A DNA stretch of 64,000 bases from a bacterium (GCA_037127795.1 JBAXXQ010000001.1:78607-142606); one strand, 5' to 3'. Positions 37,487-46,704 are shown, numbered from the stretch's first letter. The notes: generated by a model not told the origin, from the sequence alone. Numbers and translations: made by a program.

Positions 37487-38551
37487 ATGAAATTTGCACA
37501 ATTGTTTCCGACACCAAAATTTATTATGCCGACTACGGTAGGTATAGATTTTTCTGACACAGCACTTCGTTTTCTTTCATTAGAAAAAAAGGGAGATATA
37601 TTGTTGCCTGCTAGCTTCAAAGAAATACCACTCAATCCAGGTGTTGTAGTAGGAGGGCGAGTAAAAGATACTGCGGCTTTTAGTGCAGTATTACAAAATG
37701 TAAAAGATACGCATGGTATAGAGTTTGTAAAAGTTTCTATACCTGAATCCCAACTCTATCTTTCTACTATCGCTATAGACAAAGCAGATGCGCACCATAT
37801 GTCGCAAGCAATAGAGCTAGTATTGGAAGACCATATCCCGCTTACGCTCAACGAAGCAGTATTTGATTTTAGTGTACTCAAAGAGGAGCAAGACAAAATA
37901 ATAGTACAAGTAGTCGCCGCACCAATTGCTATCATTCAGGAATTGCATGATATTTTGTCTGGGGTAGGGCTTATACCACTTGCATTTGAGCTCGAGGGGC
38001 AGGCTGTTGCTCGGGCAATATTTAGTAATCCAAATGAAGGAAGTCGTATGATTGTAGATTTTGGCGCAGCGCGTACTACTATCACGGTGGTAACAGGGGG
38101 AATTTCTGTATTTACCTCAACACTTGAATTCGGTGGTGCGCACCTTACTACTATGCTTGCAAAAGAGCTCAATGTATCTTTAGAAGACGCAGAGACGCTC
38201 AAGCGTACCTATGGGCTCCAAGCTATGGGTGAGCGCCAAGATATTTTTGAAGTTATATCAGGTGGGGTAGGGACATTGAAAGATGAAATAAATCGCCGCT
38301 ATGTATTTTGGCATGAACAAAATGATCAGAATTTTCATTTTCCCCGCATTCAAGATATTGTGATCTGTGGAGGGTACAGTAATTTGCCAGGTCTTGCAGA
38401 TTATTTGTCTGCATCATTGAAGTTGCAAGTATCGCAAGCATCTCCATGGAAGAATTGTTTTTCTACAGATGATACAATACCAAGTATAGATAAAGAGCGT
38501 GCAATGAGTTTTATTACCTGTATAGGACTTTGTTTGAGTGATTATGAATAA
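37487..38551 (+). CDS. pilM: Type IV pilus assembly protein PilM
   Basis: GIDFSD, IVDFGA, FGG..LT, ICGG actin-like motifs. Confidence 0.88.
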   Translation: MKFAQLFPTPKFIMPTTVGIDFSDTALRFLSLEKKGDILLPASFKEIPLNPGVVVGGRVKDTAAFSAVLQNVKDTHGIEFVKVSIPESQLYLSTIAIDKADAHHMSQAIELVLEDHIPLTLNEAVFDFSVLKEEQDKIIVQVVAAPIAIIQELHDILSGVGLIPLAFELEGQAVARAIFSNPNEGSRMIVDFGAARTTITVVTGGISVFTSTLEFGGAHLTTMLAKELNVSLEDAETLKRTYGLQAMGERQDIFEVISGGVGTLKDEINRRYVFWHEQNDQNFHFPRIQDIVICGGYSNLPGLADYLSASLKLQVSQASPWKNCFSTDDTIPSIDKERAMSFITCIGLCLSDYE

Positions 38552-39068
38552 TATTTTACCACAAGAAGAAAAGCGAGAAATAAAAAAAATGATGCGCATG
38601 CGTCTTTGGGTTGCTGTTTGTGGTGCATTGGTATTGATACTCGCTATGATGTGGGTATTACTGATCCCTACAGAGCTTTTGCTAAAATCACAGCTTGCTG
38701 TATTGCACACACAATCAGATAGTTTGCGTGCGCGGTCTGGTGCTGTCGCACTCGATCAATCTATCGGATCACTTACTACACAAACTGCAAGTCTTGAAAA
38801 AACCCTTGTATTACAAAAGGATAAGCCGTTTTATCAAACAGTAAAAACAGTACTTGGTAATACGTATACAGGTATTGCTATACAATCAGTCAGTATTTCT
38901 TCTGCACCAGGGGCAGTATCAGTAACGGGTGTTGCACAAGATCGAGAATCTCTCGAAGCATTTGATGCGCAGCTCCGAGCACTTCCTGGGGTGACTGATA
39001 TCGAGAGTCCGTTGTCGAACTTTATCAAAAGTAAGGGCGGGCAGTTTTCTGTCAGTATCATTTTTTAA
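38544..39068 (+). CDS. pilN: PilN-like protein
   Basis: NILP N-terminus, TM, G.A.DRESL..F. Confidence 0.75.
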   Translation: MNNILPQEEKREIKKMMRMRLWVAVCGALVLILAMMWVLLIPTELLLKSQLAVLHTQSDSLRARSGAVALDQSIGSLTTQTASLEKTLVLQKDKPFYQTVKTVLGNTYTGIAIQSVSISSAPGAVSVTGVAQDRESLEAFDAQLRALPGVTDIESPLSNFIKSKGGQFSVSIIF

Positions 39069-39071
39069 TAT

Positions 39072-39632
39072 ATGCATCAATACATCAAAAAACAAAAAAC
39101 AACACTTAGCATACTTATTTGTTTGATCATAGTATGTGGATTTTTTGTATATCAAACAATACATACTATTGGAAATATGGAGCAGGGTATCACTGATGCA
39201 AAAAAAACTATTGCACAATTTACTACTACAGACACTGGGCAATCTGCCCACACTGCAGCGATTTCTGATTTGCAAAACGCCGTCAATAGTTTAAGTAAAA
39301 ATATTTTACACAAAGATGATGTACCAGGATTTCTTTCTCACATAGAAGATCTCGCGACAAAAAACGGAGTAGATTTTAGTGTGGTAAATGTTGATACAGG
39401 ATCTCAGGATACTACAAAAAAACTTTCTATAGCATTTTCTGTAAAGGGGACACAGGCTGCAATACAAACTTTTTTTGATGTAGTACAAGCACAACCACAA
39501 GCAGTTCGTCTTTCACAATTATTCTTTTCACTTACCGCAACAAATGTTGATATGTCTGGTACTAAAAAAGGTCACATAGCAATACCACAAGCAGGTGCAA
39601 CGGGAACATTAGAAGTATTGAGTATACAATAA
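39072..39632 (+). CDS. PilO-like protein
   Basis: TM, coiled coil, FL..IE.LA...GV; follows pilMN. Confidence 0.65.
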   Translation: MHQYIKKQKTTLSILICLIIVCGFFVYQTIHTIGNMEQGITDAKKTIAQFTTTDTGQSAHTAAISDLQNAVNSLSKNILHKDDVPGFLSHIEDLATKNGVDFSVVNVDTGSQDTTKKLSIAFSVKGTQAAIQTFFDVVQAQPQAVRLSQLFFSLTATNVDMSGTKKGHIAIPQAGATGTLEVLSIQ

Positions 39633-39633
39633 T

Positions 39634-39924
39634 ATGAATATCCAACACATGTTACATATCAAACACGGACAAAATAAAAAACTTGACCCAAGAATCTTTT
39701 GGCAGTGGTGTGTTATTGGTTTTATTGGTGCATTTTGTGCGGTGACATTGTACGCAATCTTTCTTTTTAAAACGACACAGCAATTTATCGATGCGCCAAT
39801 GACTGTCGGTACAAGTAATACCGATGATGTAGTTGCTCGTCTTTCAAAGCGAGTAATTGCAGTACAAAATGCAGTCCAAACACGGACAGGAATCTCTACA
39901 ATAGAGGATACTTCACAAAATTAA
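39634..39924 (+). CDS. Membrane protein in the pil operon
   Basis: 96 aa, one TM. Confidence 0.6.
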   Translation: MNIQHMLHIKHGQNKKLDPRIFWQWCVIGFIGAFCAVTLYAIFLFKTTQQFIDAPMTVGTSNTDDVVARLSKRVIAVQNAVQTRTGISTIEDTSQN

Positions 39925-39963
39925 CGAGTAATGGTACACTCCTACTACCCTTTCTAGGGAGTC

Positions 39964-40035
39964 GCCCTTGTAGTTCAATGGATAGAACTGCGGACTTCTA
40001 AGCCGTTAATCTAGGTTCGATTCCTAGCGAGGGCA
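39964..40035 (+). tRNA. tRNA-Arg(TCT)
   Basis: GCCCTTG...CGAGGGC A; loop CTTCTAA. Confidence 0.93.
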
Positions 40036-40082
40036 CAAAGCATGTAGAGCAGGTGAACTGCTTCACCTGCGAATGCTTTGTG

Positions 40083-40192
40083 CGGGCGCAGGTATGCCGG
40101 TAGGCAACCGAGCCGGGGTCGCGAGTACTTAGTATAAATACGATCCACCAATAGGTGGAGAAGTATTTTACTTAGTAACTTGTGACCACAAA
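40083..40192 (+). repeat. tRNA-linked structured element, family B
   Basis: GAGCCGGGGTCGCGA (40110-40124)...TTGTGACC (40180-40187) long hairpin. Confidence 0.75.
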
Positions 40193-40208
40193 TAATTTTA
40201 AAGAGCAT

Positions 40209-40280
40209 GCGCTCTTAGCTCAGTGGTAGAGCAGCGCTTTTACACAGCGAAGGTCGGGGGTTCAAATCCCTCAGGGCGCA
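40209..40280 (+). tRNA. tRNA-Val(TAC)
   Basis: GCGCTCT...AGGGCGC A; loop TTTACAC. Confidence 0.94.
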
Positions 40281-40286
40281 CAAAAT

Positions 40287-41015
40287 ATGAGCTTCGAAAC
40301 TATAAAACCTTTAGAAATACATAAAATAAAAAAGCTTATTGAATCTAAGCAAGTAGAAGAACTTGTTGAATGTTTGCAAAAATTAGAAATACATACTGAA
40401 TCTATTGGTGTTGGTGGAAATGCTGAAGTTTTTGGTATTAAAGAAGGTCCTTTTTCTAAGGTTTGTTTAAAAAAGGTTGCAAAAACACCCCAAATAAGAT
40501 GTAACGATATTGATACTGAAACAAAAATTCAATCAATGGCAAGAAGTGCTGGGGTTAGGATTCCTCTCGCTTTAGTTTCTTTTGAATCGGGCGGACAAGA
40601 ATATTTGATCATGGAACGAATAATCGGAAATACTGTTGGTGAAATATCTGCAAGCCCATCTAAACTTCCTGAAAATTTTGATCCTAAATTATTTATGCAA
40701 AAATTAATACAGATGGTTGAACGTATGCACAATGCCGATATTTATCATAGAGACCTGCATACCAATAATGTTATGGTGGATAGTGATGGGTTGCCGGTGA
40801 TTATTGATTTTGGGACGGCTATACATACCCCATACTCAGGTGGAGGGGATTATGCATATGAGCAGCTCGCCTGGAGTTATGATAATATCAAGAAAAACTA
40901 TATAGAAACACCTGGGATATTTAAGGATGATATGGTAATGGTTAATAATATGAAAGGTTCTATTGCTATTGCTCATACAAATAATATCTTGACAAAAAGA
41001 GATAATAGATTATAA
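40287..41015 (+). CDS. Protein-kinase-fold protein (RIO/Bud32-like)
   Basis: IGVGGNAEV, CLK, LIMERI, YHRDLHTNNVM, IIDFG. Confidence 0.85.
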   Translation: MSFETIKPLEIHKIKKLIESKQVEELVECLQKLEIHTESIGVGGNAEVFGIKEGPFSKVCLKKVAKTPQIRCNDIDTETKIQSMARSAGVRIPLALVSFESGGQEYLIMERIIGNTVGEISASPSKLPENFDPKLFMQKLIQMVERMHNADIYHRDLHTNNVMVDSDGLPVIIDFGTAIHTPYSGGGDYAYEQLAWSYDNIKKNYIETPGIFKDDMVMVNNMKGSIAIAHTNNILTKRDNRL

Positions 41016-41033
41016 TAGGTAAAAATAATAAAT

Positions 41034-41246
41034 ATGTATATAAATACAGAGTTTGAAGATTTAGTTGTAAGAAAATATGATGAAGCGGTTAGTCAATCGC
41101 TCGATTCTATTCTTTTAGAAGATAATACTCTTGGTGAGTTGACTCTTTTTATAAAAGAAAAACCAGATTCTGTGCTTCTTACTTTTGAAGTCAGAGGTGT
41201 TACTGTATACGTAGGTGCGAATGATACCAAAAAGGCCTCTTCTTAA
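41034..41246 (+). CDS. Hypothetical protein
   Basis: 70 aa; TTGACA...TATAAT promoter upstream and a terminator at the end. Confidence 0.55.
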   Translation: MYINTEFEDLVVRKYDEAVSQSLDSILLEDNTLGELTLFIKEKPDSVLLTFEVRGVTVYVGANDTKKASS

Positions 41247-41274
41247 AGAAGATTAGGCCTTTTTATTTTTTTAT

Positions 41275-42000
41275 ATGGATACCCTTTTCGAAGATGAAAA
41301 CTATATAGTACTCAATAAACCTGCAGGGATTATGGTACATGGTGACGGAAAAACGAATGAACGAACATTGGTTAATTTTGTATTGGAAAAGTGTCCCGAA
41401 ATACAAGGAGTAGGGGATCCTGCACGACTCGGAGATACTCCTATAGAGCGCTCAGGGGTCGTACACCGTCTCGATCAAGAAACAAGTGGTGCTATTATTT
41501 TTGCAAAAAACCAAGACGCATTTCTTTTTTTAAAAAAACAGTTTCAGGATAGATTGGTACAAAAAGAATATCACGCATTTGTATGGGGGCACTTCAAAGA
41601 ATTGTCTGGATATGTCGATGAACCGATAGGGAGGAATAAGGGAGATTTTCGCCGGTGGACTGCAGGACGAGGAATTCGCGGAGAAGTACGCGAGGCATAT
41701 ACCCGATGGGAAGTGGTGCAGTCTTTTGAGGATACTGCTATGCAAAAATTCTCTTTTTTGAAGCTATATCCCAAAACTGGGCGAACACACCAGCTCCGTG
41801 TCCATATGAAGTACCTCCAACGGCCGATAGTGTCAGATCATCTATATGCGCCTAGTTTCCCAGACGCGCTCGGTTTTACTCGTGTTGCACTGCATGCCCG
41901 AAAAGTCACTTTTATGACCATTTCTGGCGAGAGTATGACCATAGAGGCGCCATATCCGGCTGATTTTACTTACGCCCTTGCTCAGAACTCCGTTTTATGA
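41275..42000 (+). CDS. RluA/RluD-family pseudouridine synthase
   Basis: NKPAG, VHRLDQETSG, TGRTHQLRVH, LHA. Confidence 0.94.
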   Translation: MDTLFEDENYIVLNKPAGIMVHGDGKTNERTLVNFVLEKCPEIQGVGDPARLGDTPIERSGVVHRLDQETSGAIIFAKNQDAFLFLKKQFQDRLVQKEYHAFVWGHFKELSGYVDEPIGRNKGDFRRWTAGRGIRGEVREAYTRWEVVQSFEDTAMQKFSFLKLYPKTGRTHQLRVHMKYLQRPIVSDHLYAPSFPDALGFTRVALHARKVTFMTISGESMTIEAPYPADFTYALAQNSVL

Positions 42001-42006
42001 TACAGT

Positions 42007-42426
42007 GTGCCCACTATGGAAAACACAGAATTTAGCCCAGTAGCAATCGCAGAACGTAAAGCTCTCGCATTTCAATCTGGAGACACAGTACGTGTCTGGT
42101 CAAAAATTGAAGATAAAGGAAAGTATCGTTTGCAGGCTTTTGAAGGTCTCGTACTTGCTCGCAAGCACGGTACTACTCCATCTGCTACATTCACTGTTCG
42201 TAAGATCTCAAACAGTGTAGGAGTAGAAAGAGTGTTTCCTCTTTATTCTCCACTCGTAGACAAGATTGAAATCTTGAAAAAAGCAAAAACTCGCCGAAGT
42301 AAGCTTTACTACATCCGAGACAAGGCAGCAAAAGAAATTCGCCGCAAAATGAAAATGATTCTTACAGGCAAAATAAAAGACGAGCCAGTAGAAGAAGTTT
42401 CAGAAGAAACAGCAACTCAAGAATAA
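42007..42426 (+). CDS. rplS: 50S ribosomal protein L19
   Basis: GDTVRV, RLQAFEG, GVERVFP, RRSKLYY. Confidence 0.96.
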   Translation: MPTMENTEFSPVAIAERKALAFQSGDTVRVWSKIEDKGKYRLQAFEGLVLARKHGTTPSATFTVRKISNSVGVERVFPLYSPLVDKIEILKKAKTRRSKLYYIRDKAAKEIRRKMKMILTGKIKDEPVEEVSEETATQE

Positions 42427-42500
42427 AACAAAAAGACCAGATATTACTATCTGGTCTTTTTACTTGAAAAAAGTACGGTATCTGCTATAGTAGGGATGTT

Positions 42501-42584
42501 GCGCGGGTGGCGAAACTGGTAGACGCACTACCTTGAGGTGGTAGCGGGAGCAATCCCTTGGAGGTTCAAGTCCTCTCTCGCGCA
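42501..42584 (+). tRNA. tRNA-Leu(GAG)
   Basis: GCGCGGG...CTCGCGC A; loop TTGAGGT; variable arm. Confidence 0.95.
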
Positions 42585-42646
42585 CAAATACAAAAAAGCA
42601 CAGATTAAATTCTGTGCTTTTTTGTATTAAGTTGCAGTATAAAAGT

Positions 42647-42716
42647 GACTTGAACCGTAGGCGAATATTTGTAAAACAAATATTCGTTTCGAACGAAGTG
42701 AGAGGCAAGTCCTCTC
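42647..42716 (+). repeat. tRNA-linked structured element, family A
   Basis: GACTTGAACC (inverted Leu T-arm), GTAGGC-hairpin-GTTTCGAACGAAGTGAGAGG, CAAGTCCTCTC (direct Leu T-arm). Confidence 0.8.
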
Positions 42717-42732
42717 GTAAATAAATACCTCT

Positions 42733-43803
42733 CTATTTTGCGACTATGTCGTTTTGATTTACAGGAACTGAAGCATCAATGTCTTGGGTGATATACATAG
42801 GATTCTTTGGGTCACGATGCCATGCCTTACCAAGTAATTGTTTTATTTCTTCTGAATTTGCATGATATGTAAAGAACACGTCTTTTCTCATATTTGCAGT
42901 GAGTGTTCCGTATTGTTTTTGGTATTCCGCTGAAGAAAATGTTCCTGGTAATAGATCTTCTAGTTTTTGTAGGGTTGCAGCATCTTTTACTACATAGTAT
43001 GTACCTGCGTGATCATTTTCATCTCCACGAATATTTACATAAAAAGAGCTATCAAGTGCAGCGCGAGGAGTTTTTTCTATTGATGTTTTTATCTCAACAG
43101 TTTTTTCTGGTTTTGTTTCAGGTGTTAATTGAGAAATAGTGTTGAGTTGGTTCATAACAAAAGCAGTACGAGACCCTAGGATACCATCATCAAATGTTTC
43201 GGCATTTGTCTGACCATACGCTTCGTGCATTTTTTTCAAAATATCAGGACGGTGTTGTTCAAGATATGTATACATGTCTTTTTGTAAGCTAAGATTGTTT
43301 TCGGTATTAAAACCATATTCTTTTGCTACCTTATAGACATCTTCTGTAGTTACATGATAAGGGTTGTTTTCAAAAGAATTGTCTTGTCCGGTAGGGGTTT
43401 TTTCTGTACCACCTTTGTAGAAATGAAGTCCTTTCACAGATTCCATTTCTTTTGCAATCTTTATGCTCGCCTCCTTTTTAATATTTTTTGATTCTTCGTT
43501 AGAAGTGCCATTTTTTTCATTTTTTGCTGATGCAAAAAAACTACTAAGTCCAAAAAGACCAGTAAGGAGGGTTTTTCTCACTACTTTTGGTACCTCAATA
43601 CTAAACCCTTTTTTAGTATTTGACTCTTTTTGTACAGGAGGGATTTGTGCAATCTCTTCTTTAATGGTTTTTATTTGCTCTTGTTCTTTTTCAATTGCGT
43701 GTATTTTTTGTTCTTGTTCTACAGCTTTTTGAAGAGTATTTAATTGTTCATTATTAGTAGTAATATGTTCTTTATTTGAAAGTATGTCCTCTTGTTGTTC
43801 CAT
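42733..43803 (-). CDS. Membrane-anchored hypothetical protein, possible peptidoglycan-binding motif
   Basis: N-terminal coiled coil, internal hydrophobic anchor, LQ...DGILGSRT. Confidence 0.65.
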   Translation of the reverse strand: MEQQEDILSNKEHITTNNEQLNTLQKAVEQEQKIHAIEKEQEQIKTIKEEIAQIPPVQKESNTKKGFSIEVPKVVRKTLLTGLFGLSSFFASAKNEKNGTSNEESKNIKKEASIKIAKEMESVKGLHFYKGGTEKTPTGQDNSFENNPYHVTTEDVYKVAKEYGFNTENNLSLQKDMYTYLEQHRPDILKKMHEAYGQTNAETFDDGILGSRTAFVMNQLNTISQLTPETKPEKTVEIKTSIEKTPRAALDSSFYVNIRGDENDHAGTYYVVKDAATLQKLEDLLPGTFSSAEYQKQYGTLTANMRKDVFFTYHANSEEIKQLLGKAWHRDPKNPMYITQDIDASVPVNQNDIVAK

Positions 43804-43834
43804 GTTGCGATTATAGCATGATATACTAGATTGT

Positions 43835-44236
43835 ATGTATATATATCTTGGATTGATTTGTACGCTTGCAGGAGTTTGGATTTCTCATAAATTGTATATG
43901 GGGAAGCGTGGCAAAGTGAAGCTTGCCTGCCCACGAGAGGGTAGTTGCGATATTGTGCTCCATAGTACTCACTCAGAGCTTTTTGGAGTAGGAAATGAAA
44001 CCTGGGGGCTCTTGTATTTTTCTTTGGTTGGACTTGTTCTTGCGACACTCATACTTCGTATCAGTAGCACTATGGTACACCTTGCTTTGTTTTTTACTAC
44101 AGGTGGTATTTTGTATAGTTTGTATCTTATATATATACAAGCAGGGATTTTGAAAAAATGGTGCTGGTGGTGCGTGTCTGTTGCGGGGATAAATTTTATT
44201 TTATGGAGTAGTGTTATTTTGTGTAGTATTAGATAG
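43835..44236 (+). CDS. Vitamin K epoxide reductase (VKOR) family protein
   Basis: C.....C..VL.S..S..FG, WCWWC. Confidence 0.88.
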   Translation: MYIYLGLICTLAGVWISHKLYMGKRGKVKLACPREGSCDIVLHSTHSELFGVGNETWGLLYFSLVGLVLATLILRISSTMVHLALFFTTGGILYSLYLIYIQAGILKKWCWWCVSVAGINFILWSSVILCSIR

Positions 44237-44237
44237 T

Positions 44238-44786
44238 ATGTTGTATACAGGAAAGGGGGATAGTGGTACTACAAAATTATTTAACACGCCGTCTGGTGAG
44301 CGTATTTCAAAAACGAGCCCTGTATTTGATGCGCTCGGTACTACCGATGAACTTGTTGCACATGTAGGATATTTGAAAGTGCTTGTTTCTAATCATACAG
44401 AAAAAGTATTGGATAAAAATCTTGCGATAATACTGCACGAAGTACAAGAATCTCTTTTTGTTATCCAGGCACAGTTGGCGGGAGCGGCTATGCCGCTCCC
44501 GCCCCAAAAGGTGGCTGATCTCGAAGCACTCACCAATGCAATAGAAACCACCTTGCCACCTATTATCACCTTCTTTATCGCTGGTGGGACCCAAGAGGCA
44601 GCCTTCGCAGATATCTGTAGGACTATCGCAAGACGCATGGAACGTGATATATTACGTGCGCAGGCGCCTCTAGTAGAAGAATCTACCTACGCCTACACAA
44701 ATCGTCTTTCGAGCCTTTTTTACGCCCTCGCTAGACTTTTGAACCACATTTCTGGTATAAAGGAGGAACCCCCGACATATTCTTGA
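44238..44786 (+). CDS. PduO-type cob(I)alamin adenosyltransferase
   Basis: YTGKGDSGTT, GTTDEL, RTIARRMER, NRLSS. Confidence 0.92.
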   Translation: MLYTGKGDSGTTKLFNTPSGERISKTSPVFDALGTTDELVAHVGYLKVLVSNHTEKVLDKNLAIILHEVQESLFVIQAQLAGAAMPLPPQKVADLEALTNAIETTLPPIITFFIAGGTQEAAFADICRTIARRMERDILRAQAPLVEESTYAYTNRLSSLFYALARLLNHISGIKEEPPTYS

Positions 44787-44812
44787 TATACGGGGTAAAA
44801 AATCAAATACAT

Positions 44813-44887
44813 GGTGCCTATAGTTTAGTGGCAAAACTTCAGTTTGTGGAACTGATATCGAGGGTCCGATTCCCTCTAGGCACCCCA
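44813..44887 (+). tRNA. tRNA-His(GTG)
   Basis: G(-1)GTGCCTA...TAGGCAC C CCA; loop TTGTGGA; T-loop reads TCCGATT. Confidence 0.92.
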
Positions 44888-44959
44888 CGTTTTTAATCTT
44901 TATATAATAAAGGTTTAAAAAGACACCTTAGTGAAAATTAGGTCTAATACAATAAATAC

Positions 44960-45793
44960 TTATATTTTGGGTATATAAAAATACTTGTTAAATTTAATAC
45001 GCCATTTTTCGGCTTCCTTTTTTGAGCGTAATAGTGTTATTTTTGTTTGATCCTTTCTATTACAAAGCTTTTCAAGCTCTAAGTAATTTTCCTGGTTTAT
45101 AATAGTATATTTTTTGAAAAAGCTATCAATGTCATCGCTAAATCTTTTACTAACCGATATTTTAAAAATAAAGTCCCCCAGAACATTGATATATTCTGTA
45201 TTTTTTAAACCTAACTTAATTCCAAGTCCCACCTGAACAAAACTATTGGAATGATTTTGTTTAAACTGTTTATCTAATAGGGAGTTACTACCAAGAGCAA
45301 AAAATACAACTTTCTTATCATCTTTGAAGCGGCTAAGAAAAAATAGTTCTGATTGAGCTCGTGCGTATATCAACCATTCATGTGGGTGATATACAAGAAT
45401 AGGAGTTTTTGGATTGTGTTGGTTAAAAATAGGGTTATACGCATGTGTCCAAAATATTCCCATCAAAATAGGGTTTTTGAATTTATACGTTATTTTATCT
45501 CCATCTTCTAAAGACACAATGTCGTGCATAGCTTCGTTTGTTTCAGTGTATTTTTTACTAAAATGATATATACGTTGGAGCCACTGTCTGTTAATTTGAT
45601 ATATTTTCTTTTGCTTAGTAATAACCTCTTCTTCGAGCAATCTTCGTAGCGTTCTATAAAAAGTTTCTTTTGATATAGAAAAATCTCTCTCTAGGACATG
45701 TTTGAGAAGGGTAGGGCCAGTAATCTCTTTCTCATGGAGAAGTTCAACAATATATTCTTCTATTTTTTTATCACCATTTTGAGCCATTAACAT
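44960..45793 (-). CDS. Winged-helix transcriptional regulator with C-terminal putative ligand-binding domain
   Basis: ISKETFYRTLRRLLEEEVITK...YQIN..W winged helix. Confidence 0.75.
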   Translation of the reverse strand: MLMAQNGDKKIEEYIVELLHEKEITGPTLLKHVLERDFSISKETFYRTLRRLLEEEVITKQKKIYQINRQWLQRIYHFSKKYTETNEAMHDIVSLEDGDKITYKFKNPILMGIFWTHAYNPIFNQHNPKTPILVYHPHEWLIYARAQSELFFLSRFKDDKKVVFFALGSNSLLDKQFKQNHSNSFVQVGLGIKLGLKNTEYINVLGDFIFKISVSKRFSDDIDSFFKKYTIINQENYLELEKLCNRKDQTKITLLRSKKEAEKWRIKFNKYFYIPKI

Positions 45794-45812
45794 ATACAGT
45801 AAGTATATCAAA

Positions 45813-45831
45813 AGTGTCAAAAAATGACACT
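45813..45831. promoter_or_regulatory. Palindromic operator candidate
   Basis: AGTGTCA-N5-TGACACT between the divergent genes. Confidence 0.65.
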
Positions 45832-45916
45832 AATATATTAAAAAACAATAAAAAATAGATTTGTCAAATAGGTGCTGTATATTCTTTTAAATATTCATTC
45901 ATTTAAAAAATATACT

Positions 45917-46558
45917 ATGCAAGTAAAAGAATGTTCACCTGTAGGGATAGATGTTATACAAAACAAAGGAGCAATTATTATCGGAGTAAGTATTAATAAT
46001 AGTTATTTTAAAGAATCTAATTTAACAAAAATAATTTCTTGGTCAGCGACAAGAGCAAGTAATGTTTATATTATGATTCCTGATACTCCGTCGGTAAGTA
46101 CATTAATTGCTTTAGGGTATGAGCAGAATAAGGCAGAAACACTAGCAAGACTGAAATCTAATAGTTTAGAAAATAAGTGTTTATTTATTATTAAAGAATT
46201 AAATCTTGATAATATAAAAATTATTAGATGGAGGGATTTGATAGGAAGGATAGAATATGTTCAAGCAATCGGGCATATTAAATATTTCTACGACAACGAC
46301 CTATCTTTTAAAGATGCATTGAGAAAAACAACTAGTGATGTTCTCAAACATAATATGTCGGATGTTCCTAGTGAATCTCAGATAGATATAGGTGTTGTTT
46401 TCTTACTTCAAGAGCTTGCCTTTATTTGTCATGCAGACTCTATTTTAAAAGAAGAGAAGTTGGGATATTTGTATCACAACACAATGGATGTTTTAAAAGG
46501 GATTATTGAAAATAGGTTTTCTTTCAAAACAAAAATTGGTTTTATCACCGCAGAATAA
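45917..46558 (+). CDS. tRNA-dependent cyclodipeptide synthase (CDPS, NYH-like)
   Basis: IIGVSINNSYF (GxSxxNxYF), IPD....TL.ALGY....A...A, FLLQEL, YH. Confidence 0.88.
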   Translation: MQVKECSPVGIDVIQNKGAIIIGVSINNSYFKESNLTKIISWSATRASNVYIMIPDTPSVSTLIALGYEQNKAETLARLKSNSLENKCLFIIKELNLDNIKIIRWRDLIGRIEYVQAIGHIKYFYDNDLSFKDALRKTTSDVLKHNMSDVPSESQIDIGVVFLLQELAFICHADSILKEEKLGYLYHNTMDVLKGIIENRFSFKTKIGFITAE

Positions 46559-46568
46559 TCATTACCTT

Positions 46569-46601
46569 TAAAAGCCTATATGTGATTTATAGGCTTTTTT
46601 T
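46569..46601 (+). terminator. Intrinsic terminator after the CDPS gene
   Basis: AAAAGCCTATA/TATAGGCTTTT followed by a T-run. Confidence 0.8.
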
Positions 46602-46704
46602 GTTTATATATTAATTCCTTCTAATAGAGTTTCCTAAGCTCGTCGAGTATAGGACACCCTATTTAGACAAGCTTAGAACAGCTTTTCTGGTATACTTGTT
46701 ATAT

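Noticed and set aside
42460-42708. ORFs overlapping tRNA genes (also 40011-40208 and 44670-44888)
   Set aside because: They are antisense translations of tRNAs and their hairpins
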